Shown in pieces: positions 28,176-37,717 of a stretch of 64,000 nt of DNA. The stretch lies in the IMG/VR virus record IMGVR_UViG_3300049570_000094; one strand, written 5' to 3'. The first letter of the stretch is position 1; every line of letters begins with the position of its first letter. Made by a program: the position numbers and the translations under genes. Below the pieces are notes generated by a model. That model was given only the letters and a program-made list of their open reading frames with translations. It did not search any database and had not been told where the DNA came from. The DNA comes from an uncultured virus (IMG/VR IMGVR_UViG_3300049570_000094) (lineage: Duplodnaviria > Heunggongvirae > Uroviricota > Caudoviricetes).

Positions 28176-28468
28176 AACGCTATCAGCTCTGCGAGTCTGT
28201 TCCGGAAGAACATTTGTATCGAATGAGCGAACGGCGTCATAAGAAAGCCATCGCTTTCTTTATGGCAAACAGTTTCTATTGGAATTCACTGACGAGTTGT
28301 TGGGAACGCAATGAGTCATACCTGCCATTATCCGAATTGCAAAGTCGAAGTGCCTCCGGCAATGTGGGGCTGTCCGAAGCACTGGTATTCCCTACCAAAG
28401 AGGCTGCGGAGCAAGCTATGGAACGCATATGTCCCCGGTCAGGAAATAACGAAAACGCCGTCGCGTGA
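28172..28468 (+). CDS. Hypothetical protein
   Basis: GGAG SD and ATGA overlap; overlaps the next ORF. Confidence 0.4.
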   Translation: MKRYQLCESVPEEHLYRMSERRHKKAIAFFMANSFYWNSLTSCWERNESYLPLSELQSRSASGNVGLSEALVFPTKEAAEQAMERICPRSGNNENAVA

Positions 28469-28550
28469 GTACGTGGCGATTGCGGAAGAAATTCAAGAAT
28501 GGTGCCTAGAACAAATAAGAAAGAAGGAGCAAGCGCGTGACGGCGTATAG
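28311..28550 (+). CDS. Small Zn-finger-like protein (HTCHYPNC...MWGCPKHW)
   Basis: C-x4-C...C-x2-H motif. Confidence 0.75.
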   Translation: MSHTCHYPNCKVEVPPAMWGCPKHWYSLPKRLRSKLWNAYVPGQEITKTPSREYVAIAEEIQEWCLEQIRKKEQARDGV

Positions 28551-29412
28551 TCTGGAAAATAAGATTGCAAAATACTGCACCGGCGAATCTAAAACCTTGT
28601 CCGAGATTTCGGATGCGGTAGGTGCCTCACCGTCTGTAGTATTAGCGACGCTGCGCTGGATGGTATCGAATCGGCAAATGCTGCGCGTCGTTAACGAGCA
28701 AAAGGCGCGTGCAGAATTCATGACGATTCTTAAGCCCGACGACGCTAAGGATATTGTCGTGCATGAGCCTAATCCGCCGAAGAAGCCTATTGAGGCTGCA
28801 CCGTCGAAAAAAGAATTGTGCTGCGATCACGGTGTTAATTTGCGCGTGTACTGCGCAGACTGTGATGAGAAGCTGAGAACTGAGACAGCACCTAAGAAGG
28901 TAGCGCCGCCCAAGGCTGTCTCAAAGCCTGAGACGAAGCCAGCGCACAATAAGCCGTGCAAGCACGGCACGCCTCCGTACACTTTCTGTAACGATTGTTT
29001 TAGGGCCGCTAATAACATGGACGGCCAGCAAGACATGTGCGCGCACGGCATGCCGAATCACGGCTGGCAATGCAGATTTTGCATAGAAGAGAAATCCAAG
29101 AAGGAGAAAAAACCTGTGGTGCAAGTCGATCCTTCAACTTTACCGGATGCGCGGCCTACAAAGCTGGACCGGCGCGGTGCTGAATTCAAAGCTGAAAAGC
29201 GCAAGCTGGTTCGTCCTCATTCGATGATTACGGAAATCTCGGCCGAGCTGAAAACAAACGGAACCGTTTCGATTTACGAAATCCTACCGGATAGCAGCAA
29301 GCCGAATGGAATCCTCGTCAATCAGGAGTTCAACATTCCTGTGGAGTGCATTAACGCGCTTTGTGAAGCGCTTCAATCTCTTCGTCAACTGCACAAACGA
29401 TACGAAGGATAA
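28537..29412 (+). CDS. wHTH plus triple CxHG-CxxC Zn-finger protein
   Basis: AAGGAG SD; KTLSEISDAVG HTH; three Cys/His repeats. Confidence 0.75.
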   Translation: MTAYSLENKIAKYCTGESKTLSEISDAVGASPSVVLATLRWMVSNRQMLRVVNEQKARAEFMTILKPDDAKDIVVHEPNPPKKPIEAAPSKKELCCDHGVNLRVYCADCDEKLRTETAPKKVAPPKAVSKPETKPAHNKPCKHGTPPYTFCNDCFRAANNMDGQQDMCAHGMPNHGWQCRFCIEEKSKKEKKPVVQVDPSTLPDARPTKLDRRGAEFKAEKRKLVRPHSMITEISAELKTNGTVSIYEILPDSSKPNGILVNQEFNIPVECINALCEALQSLRQLHKRYEG

Positions 29413-29415
29413 GTC

Positions 29416-30984
29416 GTGAGCTACACGCTCAAACAATTTTTCGAGGAAGCACAGGTTCCCAACATCCCGGAGTGGTTCGGGGAAATTGTGCTGCGCCATC
29501 GCAAAATAAAGGATTTCAAACCGCGATGGGAACAAATCCTTGATTTGAACATGATGTTCGCGTATCCGAATTTGCGCAGCGCGCTTTTCAGCGAGCAAGC
29601 AACCGGAAAGACGCTCCCGGCACAAGCATTCGCAATCTATCAAGCGGCTGTTGGGAACGGCGCTGTGTGCTTGATGCCGCGCACACTGTTAATTCAGTTC
29701 GAAACGAATCTGTTCTTTACGTTCGAAGGAGTACACAAGCACCTTCGCTGCGAGATTTACTACGGCAATAAAAAGCAGCGTGACGAAATCTGCGGACGAT
29801 GGGCGCAATATGGCGCTCCCCAAATCGCACTGACGACATACGGCATGTTCATGAAGGAGTTCATGCTGTTTCGTCATTTCGATTACAACTGTCTCATCGC
29901 TGACGAAGCAAAGTATCTTGGCAACGAGAACAGCCAGACTTATCAGGCGATGAAAGAGTTTGTCGGTCTGGAAGGGGAGCGGTACTTCCTTGCGATGAAT
30001 GGAACGCCTGCCGGAAATACGCTGATTGATCTGTACGGCAACATTAGATTCCTGACTCCGAGGGTTTATCAGAATCGTCAGGAGTTCGACAATCTGCACG
30101 TGATCTACAAAAAGATTCGCGTGCGAATGAAGAACCACGGCGAGCACACGAAGCTTCGCAAGAAGGAAGTCGAAGTTGTCGAGGACTACGATAATCTGGA
30201 TGCGCTGCAAAAGAACCTTTACCTACAAGCACGTCGCACAGAGAAATCGTCTTTGAATCTTCCGGCGCTGGATGAAATTCCGGTGCCGTTCGATCTGAGT
30301 CAGACGCACATGGAAGCCTACGATCAATTCGTGGCCGAGCGTCTAATGGAATTTGATGACGGATCAATTCTTGATGGCACGTCATCGAGCGCGCTTCGTA
30401 CGATCGCATTCCAATCAATTGTGCGTCCTGAGCTGCTTGGCTTAAACGAAGAAAGCATGCTCATGGAACTGATTGAAAATCTAATTGAGGGAGCTGGTGG
30501 CAAAGTCTTTCTGATGGCGCATTTCCAGAAGTCCGTGGAAACGTTCCGGGATCGCTTCGCCAATTTGCAGCCAGCCGTGATCTACGGAAAGACACGCAAT
30601 CCCGAAAAGGAAAAGCAGCGTTTCATTAATACGGATAGCTGCAAACTTCTAATCGTGAACTATGAAGCGGGCGGCGTCGGGATCGACGGATTGCAGGACG
30701 TGTGCTGCACCGGCATTTGCGGTGAGCCAACAACGGTTCCGAAAGCATACGATCAGGCGCGTGATCGAATTCATCGCAGCGGACAAATCAATCCGGTGCA
30801 TATGTATTTTCCGAAAGCGCGTGGCACGGTCTATGTGAAAGCGATGAACGATCTGCGCAAGAAAAAAGGATGGATCGACCGAGTTGTGACAGTCGGCGAA
30901 ATCAGGAACGAACTGAAAGGTTTCGATCCCGAGGACGAAGATGAAATTGTTTCCGACGAAATGCTTGACTCGGTTGTGTTCTGA
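29416..30984 (+). CDS. SNF2-like superfamily 2 helicase
   Basis: ATGKT, IADEA, NGTP, GGVGID, QARDRIHRSGQ. Confidence 0.92.
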   Translation: MSYTLKQFFEEAQVPNIPEWFGEIVLRHRKIKDFKPRWEQILDLNMMFAYPNLRSALFSEQATGKTLPAQAFAIYQAAVGNGAVCLMPRTLLIQFETNLFFTFEGVHKHLRCEIYYGNKKQRDEICGRWAQYGAPQIALTTYGMFMKEFMLFRHFDYNCLIADEAKYLGNENSQTYQAMKEFVGLEGERYFLAMNGTPAGNTLIDLYGNIRFLTPRVYQNRQEFDNLHVIYKKIRVRMKNHGEHTKLRKKEVEVVEDYDNLDALQKNLYLQARRTEKSSLNLPALDEIPVPFDLSQTHMEAYDQFVAERLMEFDDGSILDGTSSSALRTIAFQSIVRPELLGLNEESMLMELIENLIEGAGGKVFLMAHFQKSVETFRDRFANLQPAVIYGKTRNPEKEKQRFINTDSCKLLIVNYEAGGVGIDGLQDVCCTGICGEPTTVPKAYDQARDRIHRSGQINPVHMYFPKARGTVYVKAMNDLRKKKGWIDRVVTVGEIRNELKGFDPEDEDEIVSDEMLDSVVF

Positions 30985-31068
30985 CTAGCCGAGTGCTAGT
31001 CTCCAACGTGTTCCGGATTAGCTGGAACATAGATGCTGATGTAATACCAAACCAAAGAGGAAATTGAA

Positions 31069-31929
31069 ATGGCTATGACCAAGACAAGCCCCGCTGTTAA
31101 TCTCGGCGCGAAGAAAGACGCGAAGGAAACTCCTGCGGATGAAAAGAAGAAGCCGGCTGCGAAGCCCGCATCTGTCGAAGATCATTCGGAGGACGCTGGC
31201 GAGGAATCCGTGACGCAGACTGCGGAACGGACTGCAAAGCAAACCCCGACTTCCGAAGCTAGCGATAGAGAAACGTTGCCTGCGCGTGTTACTTCGTCCG
31301 CTGTTGCAACGCGCGGCGGTCAGGATTTGATTACCGCTCCGAAAAACGATCCGGACGGTTTCGAAGATTTGGACGATGAAATCGGATTTGGTTCTTTCCC
31401 GATTCTCACGCTGTCCAACGGAACGTTCAATATCGGTGACGAAGATATCGGTAATACCGTTGAAGTGATCCTTCAACAGTCGAGGCGCAAGCACCTTTAC
31501 AAAGAGGGCGGCGTCGAAGATACCGATTTCGTCGTGTATTCGTACGACGAAGTGCATGACATGGGCGGCAAGCCTCTGGAAGCGATCTTCGAAGAGTGGG
31601 CGGCGGAAGGTGTTGACCGCTCGAAAATCGAGCACAAGAAATACAGCGAGGCAGTTGGCCTCATCATCAGCGACAAGCACAAAGGCGAACTGGTTTTGCT
31701 TTCTGTTCCGCCTGCGTCGATTAAGCGGTTTGCTGGCTACCGTTCGGAATTGAAAGTCATCCGGAAGGCGCAGCCGCAGCAAGTCGTGACTCGTCTCGTT
31801 GTTGGCTCGGTTATCAAGGCTGGCAATGGCAAGAAGTTCAATCCGTGGCAGTTCAAGTTTGTTCGCCGCGTGACCGAGGACGATCTTGCTATCGCGTTCG
31901 AAGGGACCGAGGAAGCTGACGAAGAGTAA
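31069..31929 (+). CDS. Putative single-stranded DNA-binding / replication accessory protein
   Basis: Lies between helicase and polymerase; acidic tail TEEADEE; own terminator. Confidence 0.65.
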   Translation: MAMTKTSPAVNLGAKKDAKETPADEKKKPAAKPASVEDHSEDAGEESVTQTAERTAKQTPTSEASDRETLPARVTSSAVATRGGQDLITAPKNDPDGFEDLDDEIGFGSFPILTLSNGTFNIGDEDIGNTVEVILQQSRRKHLYKEGGVEDTDFVVYSYDEVHDMGGKPLEAIFEEWAAEGVDRSKIEHKKYSEAVGLIISDKHKGELVLLSVPPASIKRFAGYRSELKVIRKAQPQQVVTRLVVGSVIKAGNGKKFNPWQFKFVRRVTEDDLAIAFEGTEEADEE

Positions 31930-31937
31930 GTAGCACC

Positions 31938-31974
31938 GGAGCGCTCCCAAATTGGGAGCGCTCCTTTATTTCTG
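31938..31974 (+). terminator. Intrinsic terminator
   Basis: GGAGCGCTCCCA/TGGGAGCGCTCC, then TTTATTTCTG. Confidence 0.85.
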
Positions 31975-31994
31975 TATTTGAAAGGGGGCGGAAT

Positions 31995-32186
31995 ATGGCG
32001 GACGATATCCGCGAGAATTTGCAGAACAATCCGGCTGCAATGCAGGCGTTTCAATTCGTCTGTGGATTGACGCCGGATAATTTCCTGCGCTTTACGCGCA
32101 TGTGCATCGAATACCGCGAGGCTGTAGATCAGCGCGCGATCACTCACGTCAGCAAACACTTTCGTAATACGAAGCCTGAGGATTAA
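31995..32186 (+). CDS. Hypothetical protein
   Basis: AGGGGG SD. Confidence 0.65.
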   Translation: MADDIRENLQNNPAAMQAFQFVCGLTPDNFLRFTRMCIEYREAVDQRAITHVSKHFRNTKPED

Positions 32187-32188
32187 TC

Positions 32189-35100
32189 ATGGAGCCGATT
32201 GCGCGCACCATTCTGGACCTGCATGGCGTAGTGAAGCATTGCTACCATTCGGGCGAGCCTATCGAAACAACGAGAAATCAGAAAGGCGAACGCATTCCGA
32301 CTGCGAAGAACGCAATCGAAAACTTCGTCAACTATTACCTAGAGAATGTCCTGACGAACTTCGATCCGGTGAACGTCGTCGCGGTGTCGGAGGGAGCGAA
32401 CCACAAAATCCGTCGTCAGAATTTGAATGCGCAGTACAAGCGCAAGAAGGAAGAGGACGACGAAATCGAGAAGCGCGAGAAGGACGAGGCAATTGTCGTT
32501 GCGCAAAAGCTTCTACTTGGTCTTGGCTCAATTCTCGTCAAGGCTCCGAATACCGAGGCTGATGATGTAATTGCGCTGCTTGTCGAGCGCACGCCCGGCC
32601 CGAAGATGGTCTATTCCGTTGACAGCGATTTGCTGGCGCTGCATCGTGAAGAAGTTTCGATCGTACTGAAAGGTCAGCCGACAGACGAATTTAAGGGAAT
32701 GAATTTGGATGAAGTGTCACCGAAGCTGGTGACGCTCTACAAATCGCTCATTGGCGATAAGACAGACAATATCGCTGGCGTGACCGGGATCGGTGAAGTC
32801 ACATGGGCGAAGTGGGTTGAAGCCTACGGCTATGACGGACTCATGGAAATGTATGAGTGCGTTGCGAGTAACAAATTTGATCCGATCATTGAGTGGGCGG
32901 ATCAGAACAACGACAAGCTGCTTCGCAAACTCTACGATTCGCGCGAACAGTGGCGCAATTCTTTTATCCTGACCAAACTGCATCCTGAGTGGTGCGAAAT
33001 GACGTTTGCTAACAAGCAGACGAAATTGCAGTGGGGCAAGCGTCTGCCGGATCGTAAGCGTGTCTATGATGCGCTTGCGTCTGTTGGTCTGGAACATTAC
33101 ACCAGCAAATTTGATCGGTTCTTTCCGACGCAAACGCTGATTACCAAGGACAACGAAGATGAGCTATCTACGTTCGCGGAGGAACTTAAGAGCGCGCCGT
33201 TTGTCCCGTTCGACTACGAGACTTTTGATGCGCTCAAGCACGAAGCTTACAAGGCGGCAAAAAAGAGCGGTCGCTACGTCGATGTTCTTAATCAGCAAGT
33301 CACTGGATGCTCATTCACGTATGGCGGGAATTTCCAGCACTCTTTTTATATCTCCGTTCGCCATCGAGATACTAGAAACTGCGACGCTTCACGAATTAGC
33401 GAATTCTTTGAAGAACTGCACAACGGCGCAGAGCCAAATCTCGTCGCTCATAATGCTCACTTTGAGCAGACCGTCTCCATTCAAAACTTCGGCATCCGTT
33501 TTGACCGGGTGCTCGATACGATCGTCGGATCGAGCTACGCGAACGAGAACGAGGAAGATCGACTCAAGCATTTGTCGAAGCACTGGTTGAATTACGATCA
33601 GGCAACGTACGAAGAGACAGTGCCGAAAGGCTGCGACATGCGAGACATTTCCGGAGAGGAAGTGCTTTCGTATGGTTGCGACGACGCGTTTGTGTGCGCG
33701 CATCTGTTTGTGCTGTTCCGCCTGATTATGGAAATCGAGCAGACGTTCGAATTCTTTCAAGAGAACGAACCCTATTTCGATTCCATTCTGATTCCTTCTT
33801 TCATCAAAGGCATTCCGATTGATTGGGATCGTCTCGATGAAATCGACGCAGAGGACACGGTTCGCTACAACGAAGCCGAAGCACTTGTGCGCGAGCTGCT
33901 TACGAAGAATTGCAGCGAGATTAACGAGGAAGGTTTCAAGGTGCTTTGGGAAGAAGTGCGCGAGTACGAAATCGCTGCGCGCAAAGCACGCAATTACAAG
34001 AACGAACAGAAGAACAGCGCAGGCGACACGAAAGCGAACGGTGATCTGTTTCCGATTAAATCGGATGCGGATATCGAAAAGGAACTGGTCAAGATCAAGG
34101 AAGATACATACCGAGCCTGCGCCTATCAGACGCCGATCGCGCGCACTGTGCGTTTCAACAAGACCGGCATTTCGCAAGCCGCACAATCACTCGGCCTGCC
34201 CGCGATTCGGTCACTCGCTCCCGATCGACTGGAAATGTATGTCGATGGAATCAGCGCGCAATTCAAGGACAAAGAGCCGAACGAAAAGCAACAGCAATTC
34301 ATAGTGTTGCTTGGACAGTGCATGCGCACGTTGAAAGAGGATTTGGATGCGAACAGCGATGAATTGCTGTACGAATCCTCTGCGGCTTTCATGGAATACA
34401 TGGAGGCCGTAGTTCAATCAGAGCCGGACTTTCTGGAAGGCGACGAATTAAATGTCGGTTCGACAAAGCAAATGGCGCAGTTGTTCTACGGCAAACTCGG
34501 TCTGCCGATCAAGGTGCGCAATATCCTGAAAGAAGGTGATGAATCGGCACGCTCCCAATTCGACCTTGAGGGAGCGCCTTCCACAAACGAAATCGCGATC
34601 CGTACGTGGCTCGCGGAATTGGACAAGGAAGATTGGAAATACAAAGTGCTCGATGGAATTCTGACGATGAAAGGTGTTCGTCAGCGTCGCAGTTTGTATT
34701 ACAAGCCGTATCGTCTGTGGAAATCTCCGCAGGATGGCCGAATCCATCCGCAGTTCAAGAACTGTGGAACGGTCACTCGCCGTCCGTCCGGCACGTCGCC
34801 GAATATTCTGCAAGTATCAAAGACGAAGGACGATGGCCGCATGCGGTCAACGTTCCTTCCGCAGAACGATGATGAGCTGGTGGTGTCGATCGACTTCGTG
34901 CAGCAGGAATTGGTGATTCTTGCTGCGCTGTCTCAGGACGTGAATTTGCTGAGCTGCTACGTCGGTGACGAACGCAAAGACGTTCACTCAATGACGGCGT
35001 GCGCGATCATGAACATGCTCGCGAAGAAAGATCGCAAGCCGGAAATCGACTACGCTCGATATATCGAGCTGTACGAAAGCGGCGACAAGGAAGCTTTCAA

Positions 35101-35704
35101 TATTCGAAAGAAGTACGCCAAGACGACGAACTTCCTTATCGTGTATGGCGGATCGGCCGATGGTTTGTCACGCAAGACAATTGTTCCGCGTGCGATGGCC
35201 GAGCAGTTCGTGGACGGATTCCACAAGACATATCCGGCTGTGGAGAAATATCAGGAGAAGGTTATTCGCTTTGCGCGCAAGCACGGTTACGTCAACACCG
35301 TGTTCGGCAATCGAAAGCATTGCGATGGAATCTTCGACAAGAACGACGGTATCGCTTCCAGTTGGGAGCGGCAGGCCGTCAACTACACGATTCAGGGATT
35401 GGCTGCGGACATTGCAAAGATCGTGGCTCGCGAATACTACATGCGCCAAATCGAACAGCGGTTTGGCGCGACGATCTACGCAATCATTTACGACGAAGTT
35501 GTTGCATCGGTGCCGAAGGCGAACATCGCTGCGTACGTCGAAGAAATGGCCGATATCATGGAAATGGAAATCGTCCCCGGAGTGCGTCTGCGCACGTCGG
35601 TTTCGATCGGCAAAAACTTCGGCGATCAGGTGGAAATCGGTGAACGTCCGACTGCGGAAGCGGTTAACGAAGCAATCTACGAATTGGAAAAGGAGGCAGC
35701 ATGA
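32189..35704 (+). CDS. polA: Family A DNA polymerase with 5'-3' and 3'-5' exonuclease domains
   Basis: EADD, DSD, GDKTDNIAGV; FDYET, AHN, YGCDD; TRRPS..PN, DFVQQE, KTTNF, NYTIQG..AD. Confidence 0.95.
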   Translation: MEPIARTILDLHGVVKHCYHSGEPIETTRNQKGERIPTAKNAIENFVNYYLENVLTNFDPVNVVAVSEGANHKIRRQNLNAQYKRKKEEDDEIEKREKDEAIVVAQKLLLGLGSILVKAPNTEADDVIALLVERTPGPKMVYSVDSDLLALHREEVSIVLKGQPTDEFKGMNLDEVSPKLVTLYKSLIGDKTDNIAGVTGIGEVTWAKWVEAYGYDGLMEMYECVASNKFDPIIEWADQNNDKLLRKLYDSREQWRNSFILTKLHPEWCEMTFANKQTKLQWGKRLPDRKRVYDALASVGLEHYTSKFDRFFPTQTLITKDNEDELSTFAEELKSAPFVPFDYETFDALKHEAYKAAKKSGRYVDVLNQQVTGCSFTYGGNFQHSFYISVRHRDTRNCDASRISEFFEELHNGAEPNLVAHNAHFEQTVSIQNFGIRFDRVLDTIVGSSYANENEEDRLKHLSKHWLNYDQATYEETVPKGCDMRDISGEEVLSYGCDDAFVCAHLFVLFRLIMEIEQTFEFFQENEPYFDSILIPSFIKGIPIDWDRLDEIDAEDTVRYNEAEALVRELLTKNCSEINEEGFKVLWEEVREYEIAARKARNYKNEQKNSAGDTKANGDLFPIKSDADIEKELVKIKEDTYRACAYQTPIARTVRFNKTGISQAAQSLGLPAIRSLAPDRLEMYVDGISAQFKDKEPNEKQQQFIVLLGQCMRTLKEDLDANSDELLYESSAAFMEYMEAVVQSEPDFLEGDELNVGSTKQMAQLFYGKLGLPIKVRNILKEGDESARSQFDLEGAPSTNEIAIRTWLAELDKEDWKYKVLDGILTMKGVRQRRSLYYKPYRLWKSPQDGRIHPQFKNCGTVTRRPSGTSPNILQVSKTKDDGRMRSTFLPQNDDELVVSIDFVQQELVILAALSQDVNLLSCYVGDERKDVHSMTACAIMNMLAKKDRKPEIDYARYIELYESGDKEAFNIRKKYAKTTNFLIVYGGSADGLSRKTIVPRAMAEQFVDGFHKTYPAVEKYQEKVIRFARKHGYVNTVFGNRKHCDGIFDKNDGIASSWERQAVNYTIQGLAADIAKIVAREYYMRQIEQRFGATIYAIIYDEVVASVPKANIAAYVEEMADIMEMEIVPGVRLRTSVSIGKNFGDQVEIGERPTAEAVNEAIYELEKEAA

Positions 35705-35943
35705 GCCATCCAGCATTCGCAACCATGTCCAGACCACAGCTTGACGCGGAGATACGGAAAGTCATCCAGAAACATCCGGTGATTTATTCTGTGCAGAAAG
35801 CGGCCGATCATATGGGCTGGAATGAACTTCACAAACTGAAAGTGATGTTTCTGTATCAGTCCAGTTTGCTTGAAGAAGCGATGAATTCGCTGGATTCCAA
35901 TAAGAGTTTCTTTAGGAGACGCGAGAATGAGCCTAGCAAGTGA
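35701..35943 (+). CDS. Hypothetical protein
   Basis: AGGAGG SD, ATGA overlap. Confidence 0.7.
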   Translation: MSHPAFATMSRPQLDAEIRKVIQKHPVIYSVQKAADHMGWNELHKLKVMFLYQSSLLEEAMNSLDSNKSFFRRRENEPSK

Positions 35944-36187
35944 CAGCTTGAGAAAGCCGGAACTTACAATTAATGATCTTGATATTCCGATTAAGATCAT
36001 GTGGACTGACCTAACCGGAAAAAAGATCACGTCTGAGACGACGCCTAGACAAGTGCTACAGAAATTGTACGGAGAACGTAGATTAGAAGAATTCCAGCCA
36101 AGAAGTCTTCTAGATTTCGAGCAAGGAAAGTTGCCTGCACTCGAAATATTCGATCCGAGGGAGATAATGCACCGTGACCGATATTAA
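35927..36187 (+). CDS. Hypothetical protein
   Basis: AGGAG SD. Confidence 0.65.
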   Translation: MSLASDSLRKPELTINDLDIPIKIMWTDLTGKKITSETTPRQVLQKLYGERRLEEFQPRSLLDFEQGKLPALEIFDPREIMHRDRY

Positions 36188-36569
36188 ACTGCCCGACAAG
36201 AAATCCTACTCGCTAGTAGAGGCTTGCACATTGGCGAGAAATATCTTCGAAGCGTACGCTGCGATTCATCGTGACAAAGGCACGCCCGAGGCAAATGCCA
36301 AAGCGAGATTCAATGAAGACTTGGCAAAGCGAATGAATTCCGCTCTGTCCAATAACCCTATTACGCCTCCGGACTTTTGGGCAGCGGTTGACGAGGACAA
36401 CCGAGACGAGAATTACGGCATGCAGTCGATTGATTATGCGCTGAGCACCAACGACAACAATGATGGTGAGTTGTCGAGAGACATGGTGAATCAGTACATT
36501 AACGACATGGCGTGCGAGCCTAATGGGAAAATTCTGCATCTGCATCCGCTGTATAGGAGGAAGCAATGA
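36174..36569 (+). CDS. Hypothetical protein
   Basis: GGGAG before GTG. Confidence 0.65.
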   Translation: MTDIKLPDKKSYSLVEACTLARNIFEAYAAIHRDKGTPEANAKARFNEDLAKRMNSALSNNPITPPDFWAAVDEDNRDENYGMQSIDYALSTNDNNDGELSRDMVNQYINDMACEPNGKILHLHPLYRRKQ

Positions 36570-37048
36570 AAATCTATCTCGCATCGTCATGGAGAAATGC
36601 AGCGCAAGCGGAAGTGCTGCAAGAGCTGCGTAATGCAGGACACACGGTTTACGATTTCAAGAACCCGAAAGAAGGCGACACCGGATTTGGCTGGAAGCAA
36701 GTCGGGATCGCAACAGCCGCAGACGGCAGCGTGACGCCGCGCGAACTGGAACAAGGACTCTCGCATCCGCGAGCCGTGGATGGCTTCCAGAATGATTTCG
36801 GCGCAATGCAGTGGGCCGATGCTGGCGTGCTGTTGCTGCCGTGCGGACGCAGCGCGCATTTGGAAGCGGGCTGGATGGCGGGAGCTGGCAAGCCAGTTTT
36901 CGTGCTCGCTCCCGAGAACACTGTTGCTGCGCGGATCGAGCCAGAATTAATGTACGGATTGCTTGAGCCGCGTATTTTCCTTTCGGCCGAGCAATTGATT
37001 GTCGCGCTGTACGATATGGAATATGCCAGCCATGTTCGATCTGCATGA
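36566..37048 (+). CDS. Nucleoside 2-deoxyribosyltransferase-like protein
   Basis: KIYLAS, D..AMQWAD, GRSAHLEAGW..GAGKPV. Confidence 0.8.
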   Translation: MKIYLASSWRNAAQAEVLQELRNAGHTVYDFKNPKEGDTGFGWKQVGIATAADGSVTPRELEQGLSHPRAVDGFQNDFGAMQWADAGVLLLPCGRSAHLEAGWMAGAGKPVFVLAPENTVAARIEPELMYGLLEPRIFLSAEQLIVALYDMEYASHVRSA

Positions 37049-37238
37049 TAGTCCAATAAACGTCTAGTACATTTTCGAGAATCAGGAAGTCGCAATCTCG
37101 CTGAGTAATCGACCACTGCCTAGAGTCGGTGACGGTGTAGAAATCGGACTGAACGTATTTACCGTTTCCTCAGTGATTCATCGTCTCTCGCAGCACGAAC
37201 CGAAGATCAGAGTGTTCTTGAAATTGCCACGCTTATGA
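37023..37238 (+). pseudogene. Small gene interrupted by an in-frame TAG (37065-37067)
   Basis: MPAMFDLHDSPINV*YIFENQ...LPRVGDGVEI...IRVFLKLPRL*; fills the gap exactly and ends in an ATGA overlap. Confidence 0.6.
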
Positions 37239-37717
37239 CTAGAAATCAGGAATTATGCTGGCTCGCTGGACTGTTCGATGGAGAAGGCTGTATTAGTCTG
37301 TCTCAAAGACGGCCACAGAAACATACTAGGGCTGTCAGTTTTAATTACAGGTTGATTTGCAAAGTGACAATGTGCGACAGAGCCAGCGTACGTAAATTTT
37401 GGGAACTTACTGGCCTTGGTACTTTGCAAAGTCAAAAGACTCAGTATGATTACTTCTCTCGGCCTTATACGTGGTTTGCTAATTCAGAAGATTCCAGACT
37501 GTTTCTGGAATTAATGCTTCCTTATCTTTTCACTAAAAGAAAAGAAGCTTTATTAGCGCTCGAATTTTTAGAGCTTCCTCATGCTTCTAAAGGTGGAAGA
37601 GGCGGATCAAAACAAGTCCAATCCAAACTGGAACGGAAAAGATTTTCTTTATGGAAGAAGCTTAGGATGGCAAAATCCAGTAATAGGTCACGGCTAAGAA
37701 AAGGGGAATCGAAATGA
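37235..37717 (+). CDS. Free-standing single-motif LAGLIDADG homing endonuclease
   Basis: WLAGLFDGEGCI; PYL..K...A; AT-richer than flanks. Confidence 0.88.
   Translation: MTRNQELCWLAGLFDGEGCISLSQRRPQKHTRAVSFNYRLICKVTMCDRASVRKFWELTGLGTLQSQKTQYDYFSRPYTWFANSEDSRLFLELMLPYLFTKRKEALLALEFLELPHASKGGRGGSKQVQSKLERKRFSLWKKLRMAKSSNRSRLRKGESK

Noticed and set aside
15124..35704. Inteins or group I introns in nrdJ, helicase or polA
   Set aside because: Frames are continuous, with no C-terminal HN-[CST] splice motifs or embedded LAGLIDADG blocks
37065..37067. Genome-wide TAG recoding
   Set aside because: Long genes are intact in the standard code, and TAG ends genes right before terminators (15066, 18279)
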